From contig CAZYCQ010000001.1 in assembly GCA_964645535.1 (NCBI GenBank), positions 99,017-163,016 of the forward strand: a stretch of 64,000 nucleotides of DNA, read 5' to 3'. The stretch comes from an uncultured archaeon. GTDB taxonomy: Archaea; Asgardarchaeota; Heimdallarchaeia; Heimdallarchaeales; Kariarchaeaceae. Each line of letters begins with the position of its first letter. The stretch's first letter is position 1. Of this stretch, positions 1-9,839 are shown in pieces. The notes below the pieces were generated by a model. It did not search any database. It worked only from the letters and a program-made list of their open reading frames with translations, and was not told where the DNA came from. Position numbers and translations under genes: made by a program.

Positions 1-1304
1 GCAACCAATGCCTTTTCAGAATGAATCTTATGGTAGAACTCTACCCAACCCGAAATATCTTCGTAATATTCAGGGATTTGCCATACAAGCCTCCTTTCAA
101 CAGACCCGGGAGGGTTAAGGATCACGATCGTTGAGGAAACAAGAAGGATGAAGTTTTGCAGGATCAGAAAAAGAAGAACCAATCTAGGATGGCGATTTAC
201 ACCAAAAGCGCCTAAAACATTGATATTTTGAATTTCAGGGGATAGGCTGGCGTATACTTCGAGAATGCTCGCCAATACCACACCCATCAACACAAAAACA
301 GGAAGGAATAGGCTCAAGGTGGAAATTTTGAAGCCACTTTCATTCCATACCGCGAGCATTTCCTTTAATGCACCACGTCCCTTGTTTAAAATTGAAAGGG
401 TAAAGATTGCACCAACACTAAAAGAAGCCACAGCAGTTCCTTTTTGGGAAATGGTGACAATATCCAAGACATTTTCTATAACAAAAAAGAGAGTTGTCAA
501 CAACGCTTGAATTGCGAAAAGAACAAGCAATGCCCGCCCCAATTCAACTTCTGGAATCAGCCGGAATGACCCGTCAGGATCCCTGAATTTGAGTTTTGGC
601 CACCCCAATCTGAAAAAATCTTTCCAAAAACGTCCTTTTCGAACAAGTTTCAGTGTGAGCAAATCTTCACCAAGTCCGGAACCAGCCAATGCCCCAAGGT
701 TAGCCATAGGCAGAACAAGAGCCCACAAAAGGATTGCGGTTATGAAAGACGTGTGCAAAAATTGAATCAAAAGAAAAATAGGTAAAATGTAAAGGCCAAG
801 ATAAGCAACCAATGTGGCGAGAATTCGTGATTTTAATTTCTGTGCAAGATCTTCCATTAGTTCCTCAATAATGAATTCAGCAGGAATTGCAGATTCCTCA
901 CCCATTTCAGAAAGGCTGTAAAATTCAAAAAACGGGAAAATCAAAAGAAAAGCAACGGTAATAAGTATCAGGAAACGAGACAATAGAGTACTTTCTGCAT
1001 CATTCAGGATTTCTATTGAGACGACAAACAGGGTGACAAATCCCAATGCCACCAAGAGAGAGAAAAGGTAAAGCGCAATCAATCGAGAAAAAGGAAGATC
1101 CCCGACATCTGTTACTCCTGCTGTATTTTTTACTTCATCAGCAGCAAATGAATAAGAACCCAAGGTAATTAGGACAAATAAGATTGAAGCCACTCCGGAA
1201 ACGACCAATGGATCCAAAAATTGCGGATCTTGGGTAATGGTAAAAAGAAGATAATAGATAAGAACAATCATTAAACTAAGAAAAAGGGAAATACGAGGTT
1301 TCAC
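1..1304 (-). CDS. Multi-pass membrane protein of unknown function, 3' end runs off the window
   Basis: Not in the ORF track. Hand translation of the first ~800 nt from GTG at 1304 (MKPRISLFLSLMIVLIYYLLFTITQDPQFLDPLVVSGVASILFVLITLG...) gives an open frame with many hydrophobic segments; the rest is assumed to continue to the edge. Confidence 0.75.
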   Translation of the reverse strand, partial: MKPRISLFLSLMIVLIYYLLFTITQDPQFLDPLVVSGVASILFVLITLGSYSFAADEVKNTAGVTDVGDLPFSRLIALYLFSLLVALGFVTLFVVSIEILNDAESTLLSRFLILITVAFLLIFPFFEFYSLSEMGEESAIPAEFIIEELMEDLAQKLKSRILATLVAYLGLYILPIFLLIQFLHTSFITAILLWALVLPMANLGALAGSGLGEDLLTLKLVRKGRFWKDFFRLGWPKLKFRDPDGSFRLIPEVELGRALLVLFAIQALLTTLFFVIENVLDIVTISQKGTAVASFSVGAIFTLSILNKGRGALKEMLAVWNESGFKISTLSLFLPVFVLMGVVLASILEVYASLSPEIQNINVLGAFGVNRHPRLVLLFLILQNFILLVSSTIVILNPPGSVERRLVWQIPEYYEDISGWVEFYHKIHSEKALV

Positions 1305-1353
1305 GAGATAAATTATACATTATGAATTTAATAGTTTACACAATGAAAGAAGA

Positions 1354-1701
1354 TTAAAGTTCACTGCTTTCTGTGGGAGAAGGTAAATTCAAGGAGACAA
1401 CAAAAGTCATCAATATTTTCAATTCGTCTGTGGTAATTTTATCATCCAAATTTGCTACATCAAAGGCTTCTTTCAGGATTTTTGCCTTCAGTTTTTTCAA
1501 CGAATCCACTTCTTCAGGAGTGATGATCCCATCTTCCAAAGCTTCCTTAAGATGCTCGGTGAATTCTCGCATTGAAATCTCGATGTTTTTGAGAACTGTT
1601 CGTTCATCTTCTGTGATAATTCCATCTTCTGCTGCAACCTCTACTAGCTTTTTCATTTGTATAGCAAATTGCTCATCTGGTGTGGAATCCGATGAAGCCA
1701 T
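1354..1701 (-). CDS. Small acidic helical protein, TerB-like / EF-hand-like repeats
   Basis: Three copies of an A-x-x-D-[GD]-x-I-T-x-[DE]-E motif (AAEDGIITEDE, ALEDGIITPEE, ANLDDKITTDE) about 30 aa apart. Confidence 0.7.
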   Translation of the reverse strand: MASSDSTPDEQFAIQMKKLVEVAAEDGIITEDERTVLKNIEISMREFTEHLKEALEDGIITPEEVDSLKKLKAKILKEAFDVANLDDKITTDELKILMTFVVSLNLPSPTESSEL

Positions 1702-1748
1702 ACTAATAATATATCAATCAAGGTAATAAGCATCTAGGTTTAACATGA

Positions 1749-2711
1749 TCAACAATTTTCGGCAACATATGCTGCACCAAAATACCTTCGTTCATCCATC
1801 AGAAGATCGATTTTCAAGGATTTAAAGCCTGCTTTTTGGAATATGATCAACCATTTTTCAGGGCTTAGCCAGCCAGGATGGGGGCGATAATCAAACGTCG
1901 GAACATTCCACCATCCCTCAAAGAAGGCAAACATTATTTCTAAAGGCCAAGGGGCATCCGCGGAGTACGGAGATCCTTCCCCTATGACCAAAGTCCCTGT
2001 TTCCTTCAGATGGGACTTGATCCAACGCAAGGCTGCAACTATGTCGTTTGCCACGTGAATTGCATTTGTTGCGTAAATCACATCAAATTTTTGATCAATA
2101 TCGGGAAGGTTATGGAGATCTAGTATTTGAGTATGTAAAGGAAGATCTTTTGGAAGTTTTTTCTTGATTCCCTCAAGAAAATATGGCTTGATATCTGAAA
2201 AACAAAATGTCTTTGCGCGTTTAAGATCTTCGGCCAACAACAGGGCAGTTCCTCCAACACCGCCACCGATTTCTAAGACATCTGCATCTTCGATTAACGG
2301 ATGGACATATCCTGCCACCAATTCATTGAAAAAATTTTGGGTTCCATTGTTTCTATTCCAGTCTTCCCAGAGCTGGACACCACCAGCTTTGATCACCTGA
2401 CTTCCAGTAACCTTGCCCGATAGGAAATCCTCAAGATACTTATCTATAAGTTTGAGGTATTCTAGTGTGGGCCTAATTTCTTCCAAGTCAAATTTGGGCT
2501 CAGGCTGTTCTCCTCCATTAAGATGGGAAAGTATCCGTTGAGAAGTTCGGACAAGATAATTTGCTTCTGCCGAAGGAGCATCATGCCGGGAAACCCAATC
2601 CATCACTCTCGTGGCAAGTCGGAAGCAGATGGGCTCCAGATAGTCATAGTATAGAGAGAGTTTCCTGACACTTGTTTTGCAATCTATTAAGTGAATATAC
2701 AGTACCTCCAT
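1749..2711 (-). CDS. Class I SAM-dependent methyltransferase resembling PKS/NRPS C-methyltransferase domains (start may be ATG 2603)
   Basis: VLEIGGGVGG motif I, FSDIK, FDVIYATNAIH, LKETGTLVIGE, FEGWW, LSPEKW...AGF. Confidence 0.8.
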   Translation of the reverse strand: MEVLYIHLIDCKTSVRKLSLYYDYLEPICFRLATRVMDWVSRHDAPSAEANYLVRTSQRILSHLNGGEQPEPKFDLEEIRPTLEYLKLIDKYLEDFLSGKVTGSQVIKAGGVQLWEDWNRNNGTQNFFNELVAGYVHPLIEDADVLEIGGGVGGTALLLAEDLKRAKTFCFSDIKPYFLEGIKKKLPKDLPLHTQILDLHNLPDIDQKFDVIYATNAIHVANDIVAALRWIKSHLKETGTLVIGEGSPYSADAPWPLEIMFAFFEGWWNVPTFDYRPHPGWLSPEKWLIIFQKAGFKSLKIDLLMDERRYFGAAYVAENC

Positions 2712-2759
2712 ATTTCAAAAGGAAATTAGGTTTTTCAATCTTGAGAATTGGGTAGAAAA

Positions 2760-5465
2760 TCAATTCTTCAGTAATTGTGCCAAAACATAATTTAGGATGC
2801 CGCCATATTTGTAGTATTGTATCTCAATGTCAGTATCAAGTCTTGCTATGACATTGAATTCAACGGTATCTCCATTTTTCTTTCGTGCAACTACACGCAA
2901 CTTCTTTTTGGGAACCAAACCGGATTCGATGTCAAGAATGTCAAATTCTTCAGTTCCATCAAGACCGAGTTCTCTCCATCCTTGACCTTCTTCAAATTGC
3001 AAGGGAAGAACACCCATTCCAATCAGATTGCTTCGATGTATCCTTTCAATTGATTTGAAGAAAACTGCTTTGATACCTAGTAATGCAGGTCCTTTGGCAG
3101 CCCAATCACGGGAAGAACCAACACCATATTGCTTTGCACCAAGTACAAGGACAGGGGTGCCACTTTCGATGTACTTCCGGGAAGCATCAAAAGTTGTCAT
3201 AGTTTCGCCAGTAGGAACGTATTGGGTCCACCATCCCTCTTTTCCAGGTACTAGTTGGTTTTTGACTCTAACATTGGCAAAGGTTCCACGCATCATTACT
3301 TCATGATTACCTCTTCGGGAGCCATAAGTGTTGAAATCTTTTTTCTGGACACCATTTTTTATCAGATACTGACCTGCGGGGCTTTCTTCAGCGATGGCTC
3401 CTGCCGGAGAGATATGGTCTGTGGAAATCTTGTCGTCCAATAGTTCAAGCACCCTTGCACCAACAATATTTTTGGGATCTTCGGGAGTAAGAGTGAAGTT
3501 TTCGAAGAAGGGAGGATTGCGGATATAGGTGGATTTTGGATCCCATTCAAACAAGGTGCTTTTAGGAGCATCAAGGGCTTGCCATCTAAAATCACCCAAC
3601 ATGATCCGAGAATAGTGTTTTGTAAACATTTCAGGTTTGATGCCTTCTTCAATCGCTTTTTTGATTTCCTCCTGAGTTGGCCAAATGTCCTTGAGAAAAA
3701 CATCATGACCATCTTTTGATTTGCCTATTGGTTCATTGAGCAGGTCGATGTCAGTCCTTCCAGCTAGAGCATAGACTACAACCAGCATGGGGGATGCCAA
3801 AAAATTACCTCTGGTAAGTGGAGAAACTCGTCCGGCGAAATTCCGGTTACCACTTAGTACAGAGGTCACATAGAGATCCCCATCCTTGATTGCAGCTTCA
3901 ATCTGAGGAAGTAAGGGACCAGAGTTTCCTATGCATGTTGTACAACCATAACCAACGGTGTAGAAACCCAATTGATCCAAATACTTTTGTAGATCTAGCT
4001 GATTCATGTATTCAGTCACTACGAGCGATCCTGGCGCAAAGCTAGTTTTCACGTAAGGGGGTGTCTCCAATCCAAGTTCCACGGCCTTCTTTGCAACAAG
4101 ACCTGCACCAACCATGACAGATGGATTTGACGTATTTGTACAACTGGTAATCGCAGCAATCACAACACTACCGTCTTTAAGCTCTGCCTCTTTGCCATCA
4201 ACTTCTATTTTCCGACTCCTGATTTCAGCATCTTTGGATCGTTGGGAGATATAGGCTTCTTGAAATTCCATGGCTCTCCATTTTGCTTCCTTCAGTGAGA
4301 CTCTTTCTTCAGGGTTCAGGGGACCTGCAATGGATGGTTCAACAGTGGACATATCCAACTCCAGATAATCAGAATACACTGGATCAGGAGATTCATCAGT
4401 TCGGAATATATTGGCAGCCTTGGCAAATTCTCTTACGAATTCAATGTGCTCTTCATCCCGCCCAGTCAATCGGAGATAGGAAAGAGTGGTTTCATCTATT
4501 GGGAAGAACCCCATGGTTGCACCATATTCAGGAGCCATATTGGAAATAGTTGCACGATCAGGCAGTGAAAGTTGGGAGAGACCAGGACCATAAAACTCGA
4601 CGAATTTTCCGACAACGCCCTTCTTTCTCAACATTTCAGTGACGGTAAGAACAAGATCTGTCGCAGTGGCTCCTTCAGGAAGTTTACCGGTCAATTTGAA
4701 GCCGACAACTTCTGGGAGAAGCATGTAATATGGCTGACCTAACATTACCGCCTCAGCTTCAATGCCACCTACACCCCATCCCATAACCCCCAAACCATTG
4801 ATCATGGTGGTGTGACTGTCAGTGCCGACCAAAGTATCGATAATGGCAGTTTTCTGGCCATCTTTCTCTCTAATATCTGCCACTTTTGCTAAATATTCAA
4901 GATTGACCTGATGAATGATTCCAGAACCGGGAGGAACTACCTGAAAATCCTTGAAGGCTTTCTGGGCCCATTTTATCAGAGTATATCGTTCCTTATTTCG
5001 TCCATATTCCATTTCAAGGTTAATATCCAAAGAATCAGGTCTCCCATATGCATCCACCTGAACTGAATGATCTATGACCAAGTCAGTAGGAATAAGGGGA
5101 TTAATTTTTTCAGGATCACCACCATTATTATGCATGGCTTCTCTCATTGCGGCAAGATCTACAATCAGAGGAACACCGGTAAAGTCTTGGAGAACGACAC
5201 GAGCAGGCATATAAGGAATTTCCTTTTGACCAGTTCCATTTGGCCAATTTGCGACACTCATCACATCCTCAAGGGTAATGAGCTTCCCATCATAATTTCT
5301 CAAGACGTTTTCAAGGAGCACACGAATTGAAAAAGGAAGTTTTTCTACCTCTAAGCCCTTTTGGATAAGAGAATCCAACACGAACATATAGGCTTCCTTT
5401 GATCCAAGTTTCTTTTGAACTTTGGATCCAAAGATGTCCTCTTCCGTTATTTGTTGCATGGTCAA
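2760..5465 (-). CDS. acnA: Aconitate hydratase AcnA/IRP family (start probably ATG 5459)
   Basis: RVVLQDFTGVP, DHSVQVD, GTDSHTTM, AITSCTNTSNP, GYGCTTCIGNSG, STDHISPAG, GSSRDWAAKG. Confidence 0.97.
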   Translation of the reverse strand: MTMQQITEEDIFGSKVQKKLGSKEAYMFVLDSLIQKGLEVEKLPFSIRVLLENVLRNYDGKLITLEDVMSVANWPNGTGQKEIPYMPARVVLQDFTGVPLIVDLAAMREAMHNNGGDPEKINPLIPTDLVIDHSVQVDAYGRPDSLDINLEMEYGRNKERYTLIKWAQKAFKDFQVVPPGSGIIHQVNLEYLAKVADIREKDGQKTAIIDTLVGTDSHTTMINGLGVMGWGVGGIEAEAVMLGQPYYMLLPEVVGFKLTGKLPEGATATDLVLTVTEMLRKKGVVGKFVEFYGPGLSQLSLPDRATISNMAPEYGATMGFFPIDETTLSYLRLTGRDEEHIEFVREFAKAANIFRTDESPDPVYSDYLELDMSTVEPSIAGPLNPEERVSLKEAKWRAMEFQEAYISQRSKDAEIRSRKIEVDGKEAELKDGSVVIAAITSCTNTSNPSVMVGAGLVAKKAVELGLETPPYVKTSFAPGSLVVTEYMNQLDLQKYLDQLGFYTVGYGCTTCIGNSGPLLPQIEAAIKDGDLYVTSVLSGNRNFAGRVSPLTRGNFLASPMLVVVYALAGRTDIDLLNEPIGKSKDGHDVFLKDIWPTQEEIKKAIEEGIKPEMFTKHYSRIMLGDFRWQALDAPKSTLFEWDPKSTYIRNPPFFENFTLTPEDPKNIVGARVLELLDDKISTDHISPAGAIAEESPAGQYLIKNGVQKKDFNTYGSRRGNHEVMMRGTFANVRVKNQLVPGKEGWWTQYVPTGETMTTFDASRKYIESGTPVLVLGAKQYGVGSSRDWAAKGPALLGIKAVFFKSIERIHRSNLIGMGVLPLQFEEGQGWRELGLDGTEEFDILDIESGLVPKKKLRVVARKKNGDTVEFNVIARLDTDIEIQYYKYGGILNYVLAQLLKN

Positions 5466-5600
5466 ATAATTGATATTCTTGTTATAATGTTTGGGAATGA
5501 CACACTAGATTTTCCACACCTTTATATCTGAAACTCGATCAATCAAAGGAAAGACACCTAAAAGAGAATATTAATTATTGTTGAATTCCGTTCAAAGGTA

Positions 5601-6020
5601 TTGATGACCATAATTGAACATCAAGAAATCTGGAATTCCCAACTCTTGATGAAAATCATCATCGGATTGATTTCGTTGTTTCTGTATTTGGTGAGCTTTT
5701 TTGTGTTTGAGGTAATAAGGATTGGAAAGGGTATGTTTGATGCAAAAATCGTAGTTGATTTTCTTGGGATTCTCATAGCGACTTTTGCGGCCTTTGCCAT
5801 GATGCGGGTGGACAATCTTTCAAGATTACCACTTGGTTTACTTGTTTTGATCATGGCAATGGTAATTACAGGTACTGCGGATCTGGTTTTAAATACAGTT
5901 GACCCGAATCGAGAAGGAGTAAGACCTTGGATTGAATCGTATAGAATTGCAATTGTGCTTTTTGTGATCCTTGTTGGCAGCCTTATTGGAAAAAGAACAG
6001 CAAAAACGCAACAGAATTAA
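5601..6020 (+). CDS. Hypothetical membrane protein, about 4 TM
   Basis: Four hydrophobic segments; fills the gap between genes. Confidence 0.6.
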   Translation: MMTIIEHQEIWNSQLLMKIIIGLISLFLYLVSFFVFEVIRIGKGMFDAKIVVDFLGILIATFAAFAMMRVDNLSRLPLGLLVLIMAMVITGTADLVLNTVDPNREGVRPWIESYRIAIVLFVILVGSLIGKRTAKTQQN

Positions 6021-6334
6021 TATTCCATGTCTTCCAATTCCAACATTAATTCCCCTACCTTCATCAAGAGCATGTGCTCCTCATTGCTTAAATGATTGTC
6101 TTCCAAGGCAGTTGCATAGGCATTTTCCCATATTCTTTCTCTTGTCAAGAATAGAAAATGCTTGTCACCCTCATCAAAAGATCCTTCTTCATTGATTTTG
6201 GTAAGGAGAATAAAATATCTTTCAAGCCCTTCCATTACACTTTGGATGACATTCATTTCCTCTTCAGTCAGCTCATTGTCCTGCAAGGCTGTTTCTTTCA
6301 ACTCATTCCAAGCTCGCTGGAGGATGTGCTCCAC
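6017..6334 (-). CDS. Small acidic TerB-like / EF-hand-like repeat protein
   Basis: ALQDNELTEEE, INEEGSFDEGD, ALEDNHLSNEE, spaced as in the 1354..1701 protein. Confidence 0.65.
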   Translation of the reverse strand: MEHILQRAWNELKETALQDNELTEEEMNVIQSVMEGLERYFILLTKINEEGSFDEGDKHFLFLTRERIWENAYATALEDNHLSNEEHMLLMKVGELMLELEDMEY

Positions 6335-6486
6335 AACATATACCGGTCAAATCTCAATTATAACCTTTCATAATTTTGAGATTGGTTGTTTTTTTGTTGC
6401 GCAAATTTCTTCTGAATGGGTATTCTGTTTTTTTCGCTAAATAAATTGTGTGCAAGGAAAACTTAGCCCAAGGATTATTTTTTTGA

Positions 6487-7701
6487 ATGGCAACAGGATT
6501 AGAGTTTATGTCACTACGAAAGGAAGCTGAAGAAATCAAACCGAAGCTTGTGGAAATTAGAAGGCAAATTCATATGTACCCGGAACCAGGATTCGAAGAA
6601 CACAAAACCTCAAAGTTCATTCAAGAAAAACTAAGGGAATTGGGGCTGGAACCAAAAGTTTGGGCAAAAACAGGAATTACTGCGGTGATAGAAGGAGGCC
6701 AAGGTAAAGGTAAAACAGTCCTGCTCCGTGCGGATATCGATGCCCTTCCAGTTCAAGAAGCAAATGATGTGCCATACAAATCAAGAAATGAAGGATTTTC
6801 ACATGCATGCGGACATGATGCACATGTTGCATGCCTGTTGGGGGCTGCGGAACTGTTGCTCAAACATAAGGATGAATTCAGGGGAAAAGTCCTTTTGGTG
6901 TTCCAACCAGCTGAAGAAGGGCCAGGCGGTGCAAAACCAATGATTGAGGAAGGAGCAATTGGATCCCCTGAAAATCCAGATATCGACGCAGCAATGGCCC
7001 TTCATATCACAGCCATGGCAGATGTCGGTTTGATAGGGGTGACAGATGGATTACTTACTGCATCAGCAGATGAATTCTATGTGACCATCAAGGGAAAAGG
7101 AGGACATGGAAGCGCACCACATATGGCTATTGACCCCATTTACATTGCAGGGCAAATTATTACAGGAATTCAGGGGTTCATTACAAGAACAGTTGATCCA
7201 GTAGAGCACGTGGTGTTTACATGGGGGAAGGTTATCGGTGGAGAACGGCAGAATGTGATCAGTGAGACCTGCCGACTTGAAGGAACTTTGAGAACACATA
7301 ACAGAGAAGTCAGAAGTAAGCTTAAAGAGGAATTACCAAAATTCATTCAGTCGGTTGCAAAAACCTATGGAGGGAATGCGGAAGTTGAAGTGATTACAGG
7401 ATATGATGTGGGAATCAATGACAAGAAACTCAATGATTCCATTAGGAGGGCGGTAAAGAAACATTATTCAGAGGATGTGATCATTGATCGGGGGCCAATA
7501 ATGGGCGCTGAAGACTTCTTCGAATTTGCCCTAGGAGGAAAAATACCGACATCAATGTTTTGGCTGTTCGCAGGGAATAAGGAAAAAGGATTTACACATG
7601 GAAACCACAGCAACTATTTCGATTTTGATGAAGATGCCTTGCCTATTGGAACTACCATTCTTGCTCAAGCGGCCATTGATTATCTGAATAATGAAGAATG
7701 A
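6487..7701 (+). CDS. M20D amidohydrolase / carboxypeptidase (start probably ATG 6508)
   Basis: RRQIHMYPEPGFEE, LRADIDALP, HACGHDAH, FQPAEEG, GKGGHGSAPH, MGAEDF. Confidence 0.93.
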   Translation: MATGLEFMSLRKEAEEIKPKLVEIRRQIHMYPEPGFEEHKTSKFIQEKLRELGLEPKVWAKTGITAVIEGGQGKGKTVLLRADIDALPVQEANDVPYKSRNEGFSHACGHDAHVACLLGAAELLLKHKDEFRGKVLLVFQPAEEGPGGAKPMIEEGAIGSPENPDIDAAMALHITAMADVGLIGVTDGLLTASADEFYVTIKGKGGHGSAPHMAIDPIYIAGQIITGIQGFITRTVDPVEHVVFTWGKVIGGERQNVISETCRLEGTLRTHNREVRSKLKEELPKFIQSVAKTYGGNAEVEVITGYDVGINDKKLNDSIRRAVKKHYSEDVIIDRGPIMGAEDFFEFALGGKIPTSMFWLFAGNKEKGFTHGNHSNYFDFDEDALPIGTTILAQAAIDYLNNEE

Positions 7702-7746
7702 GCTAAGTGAAACTTTATCACATCTCAGTTCATTTTTAGAACAAGG

Positions 7747-8217
7747 ATGGTTGAGCTCGACAAAATTAAGTTTGTAACCATTAAATACGTAACTGAAGAA
7801 CAGGAGCTAGTTTACGAAGCAGTTAGGAGAGTGCTACCAGAACAGGTGGCAAAGTCCATAAGCCTAAAGAATTTTTCGAAGATGAGCGTTATTGGGCAGT
7901 ACGGAGATCCCATGCTTCTTATTGAGCTCGTCATCAATAAAAAGCCGAAAGAAGTCATAAAACATATCTTTTCCAAACTCACCGAGACTGAAAAAAAACG
8001 TCTCTTACACGAATTCAACACGAGATTCGATCCTGAAACAACAACCTTCTTCTTTAGGTTAGATAAATTCTCTCCACTCAAAGATGATCTTTATCTCAAT
8101 GATGGATCTGATGTGATAAAAGTTGAGCTCAAGTTTAAGGTGTATGGAAAATTGGATCCTGAAAAGATAAAAGAAATACTCCAGTCGCTAATGGGTTTAG
8201 AGGAAGATGGAATATGA
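7747..8217 (+). CDS. Archaeal RNA-binding protein of the exosome superoperon (COG1325/DUF54-like)
   Basis: TEE..LV..A, GQYGDPM, FFFRLDK, DGSDVIKV; lies directly upstream of Rpp30 and Pop5. Confidence 0.8.
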   Translation: MVELDKIKFVTIKYVTEEQELVYEAVRRVLPEQVAKSISLKNFSKMSVIGQYGDPMLLIELVINKKPKEVIKHIFSKLTETEKKRLLHEFNTRFDPETTTFFFRLDKFSPLKDDLYLNDGSDVIKVELKFKVYGKLDPEKIKEILQSLMGLEEDGI

Positions 8218-8861
8218 GAGGGATTGAATGGAGCCCATTTGTATGGAAAAATCAACTCCATATAGCAGAAAAACTTGGGATAACAGCCTGTGCAATAGAA
8301 GGAGACTTGCCAAAGAGAACCATACTTCATTGTTTTAGAAGGAAAACACTTTCAGAAATCAATGGAAAAGTTCAGAAAAAAAATCTGAAAAAAACGGTTG
8401 CTGGTCTCAGGTCGGATTTTGATTGGGTTTCCATTGAGCCCTCTTCAATTAAAGTTCTGGTCGATGCAATTGCCTTTCCTCAGGTTGATGCAATCATGTT
8501 AACTGCATCGTCACCATTGAAATTGGCTCACCAAAAATACCTTGCTCTCCTTCGTGATCATTCAAAAATTCTTGAAATTGATTTGAATCCGTTTTTCTCA
8601 TACAGGTCAAAGCAGAAAGAAATCACAAAGTTGCTCAAAATACTGAACCTAGTCCGTCAAAAACCGCCACAAGTAGTTTTTACGATCTCAGATTCAAATC
8701 CTTTTTCATTTCGCAGATACAGAAATCTCCAATCGTTGGGAAATTCCCTAGGGATTGATATCAATTATTCATCACTTCGTCCGTTTATTGAAAACATTAA
8801 ACGGAACAGGAAACGGAGAGAAGGAAAACTAATCTCAGGAGACATTGAGGTAGATAATTAA
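8214..8861 (+). CDS. rnp3: Ribonuclease P protein component 3 (Rpp30), divergent
   Basis: Position between COG1325 and Pop5; QVDAIM, ILEIDL.P and SDSNPFSFR resemble the Rpp30 TIM-barrel motifs. Confidence 0.7.
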   Translation: MRGIEWSPFVWKNQLHIAEKLGITACAIEGDLPKRTILHCFRRKTLSEINGKVQKKNLKKTVAGLRSDFDWVSIEPSSIKVLVDAIAFPQVDAIMLTASSPLKLAHQKYLALLRDHSKILEIDLNPFFSYRSKQKEITKLLKILNLVRQKPPQVVFTISDSNPFSFRRYRNLQSLGNSLGIDINYSSLRPFIENIKRNRKRREGKLISGDIEVDN

Positions 8862-9193
8862 TGACTGTGAAAATTGATAAACGGAGATACCTCTTGGTGA
8901 GATTTCTAGGTAAAAAGCCAAAGAGAGAAGAGTTTGACAAGGAAATAAGAAAAATTGTACGGTATTTCTACGGTGAACTTACACTGATTTGGAGCAACTT
9001 ACACATTGTGGATGAATGGAATGACTTCTTCATCATTCGAACCAATCACAGGTATGTTGATCAAATAGAAGCCGCAATAACCATTATGTGGTCTGAAGAT
9101 TTTATTGCAGATATAATTTGTAAATCGGGAACTATAAAAGGACTCAAACGTAGATTCAAAAATTTATTTGAGACGGCGTCCGTGAGCTCGTAG
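8861..9193 (+). CDS. rnp2: Ribonuclease P protein component 2 (Pop5)
   Basis: KRRYLLV, FYGE, IIRTNH, SGTIKGLK. Confidence 0.88.
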   Translation: MTVKIDKRRYLLVRFLGKKPKREEFDKEIRKIVRYFYGELTLIWSNLHIVDEWNDFFIIRTNHRYVDQIEAAITIMWSEDFIADIICKSGTIKGLKRRFKNLFETASVSS

Positions 9194-9751
9194 ACTTGGT
9201 CTTGCTTTTTCAACACCACGACCTTTGCGGAACAGACCCCTTGATTTCTTCCCGGCAGCAGTAAGGCCTCGGTAAGTACGACCCTTGTGAACCTTCCGGT
9301 TGATCCAAGCAATTCTTTTGTCATTGACAATTGCAGGATGAACTGGATCCACCATGATAATTTCGAACCATTTGGATCGACCATCTTGGCCTACCCAATA
9401 GGAGCCCAAAACTTCAAGATTAGGATATTTTCTTTGAGTTCTTGTTTCTGCGATCCATCTAAGGTTCCTTCCACTTGTTTTGTCAATTGCAAGGTTTACA
9501 CCTCTGCTTCTCCCTCTATTTGGACGGGACATCCGTCGGGAACCCCTTCTCACCTTCGTCCTTACCACAACATACCCCGGTTTAGCCTTATAACCCAAGG
9601 CACGAGCACGATCAATTCTTAATGGACGTTCAACGCGTACAATCGTGTTTTGTCGTCTCCATTCAATCAGGCGTGGTTTTTGGATTGCCTTGAATTCTGG
9701 TGTATTTCTTTTTCTCCAAAACATTCTGACATTTTTGTACAGATTAGTCAT
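9164..9751 (-). CDS. rpl15e: 50S ribosomal protein L15e (eL15)
   Basis: RVERPLRIDRARALGYKAKPG, YPNLEVLGSYWVGQDG, RGLTAAGKKSRGL; ATG at 9751. Confidence 0.97.
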   Translation of the reverse strand: MTNLYKNVRMFWRKRNTPEFKAIQKPRLIEWRRQNTIVRVERPLRIDRARALGYKAKPGYVVVRTKVRRGSRRMSRPNRGRSRGVNLAIDKTSGRNLRWIAETRTQRKYPNLEVLGSYWVGQDGRSKWFEIIMVDPVHPAIVNDKRIAWINRKVHKGRTYRGLTAAGKKSRGLFRKGRGVEKARPSLRAHGRRLK

Positions 9752-9764
9752 TGTTATCACTTCC

Positions 9765-9790
9765 CTGTGTCACATTACGATCATTCACAG
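9765..9790 (-). promoter_or_regulatory. Putative k-turn/k-loop leader in the rpl15e 5'UTR
   Basis: Minus strand CUGUG-AAU-GA-UC-GUAAU-GU-GA-CACAG: 5-bp C-stem, 3-nt bulge, tandem G.A/A.G, U.U pair; TTTTAAT box about 25 nt upstream. Confidence 0.55.
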
Positions 9791-9839
9791 CAAATTTTCT
9801 CTAATTCATGAGAATTAAAAACTAGCGTTAGATTTCAGG

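Noticed and set aside
5460-5530. Iron-responsive element near acnA
   Set aside because: No CAGUGN-loop hairpin with a bulged C was seen.
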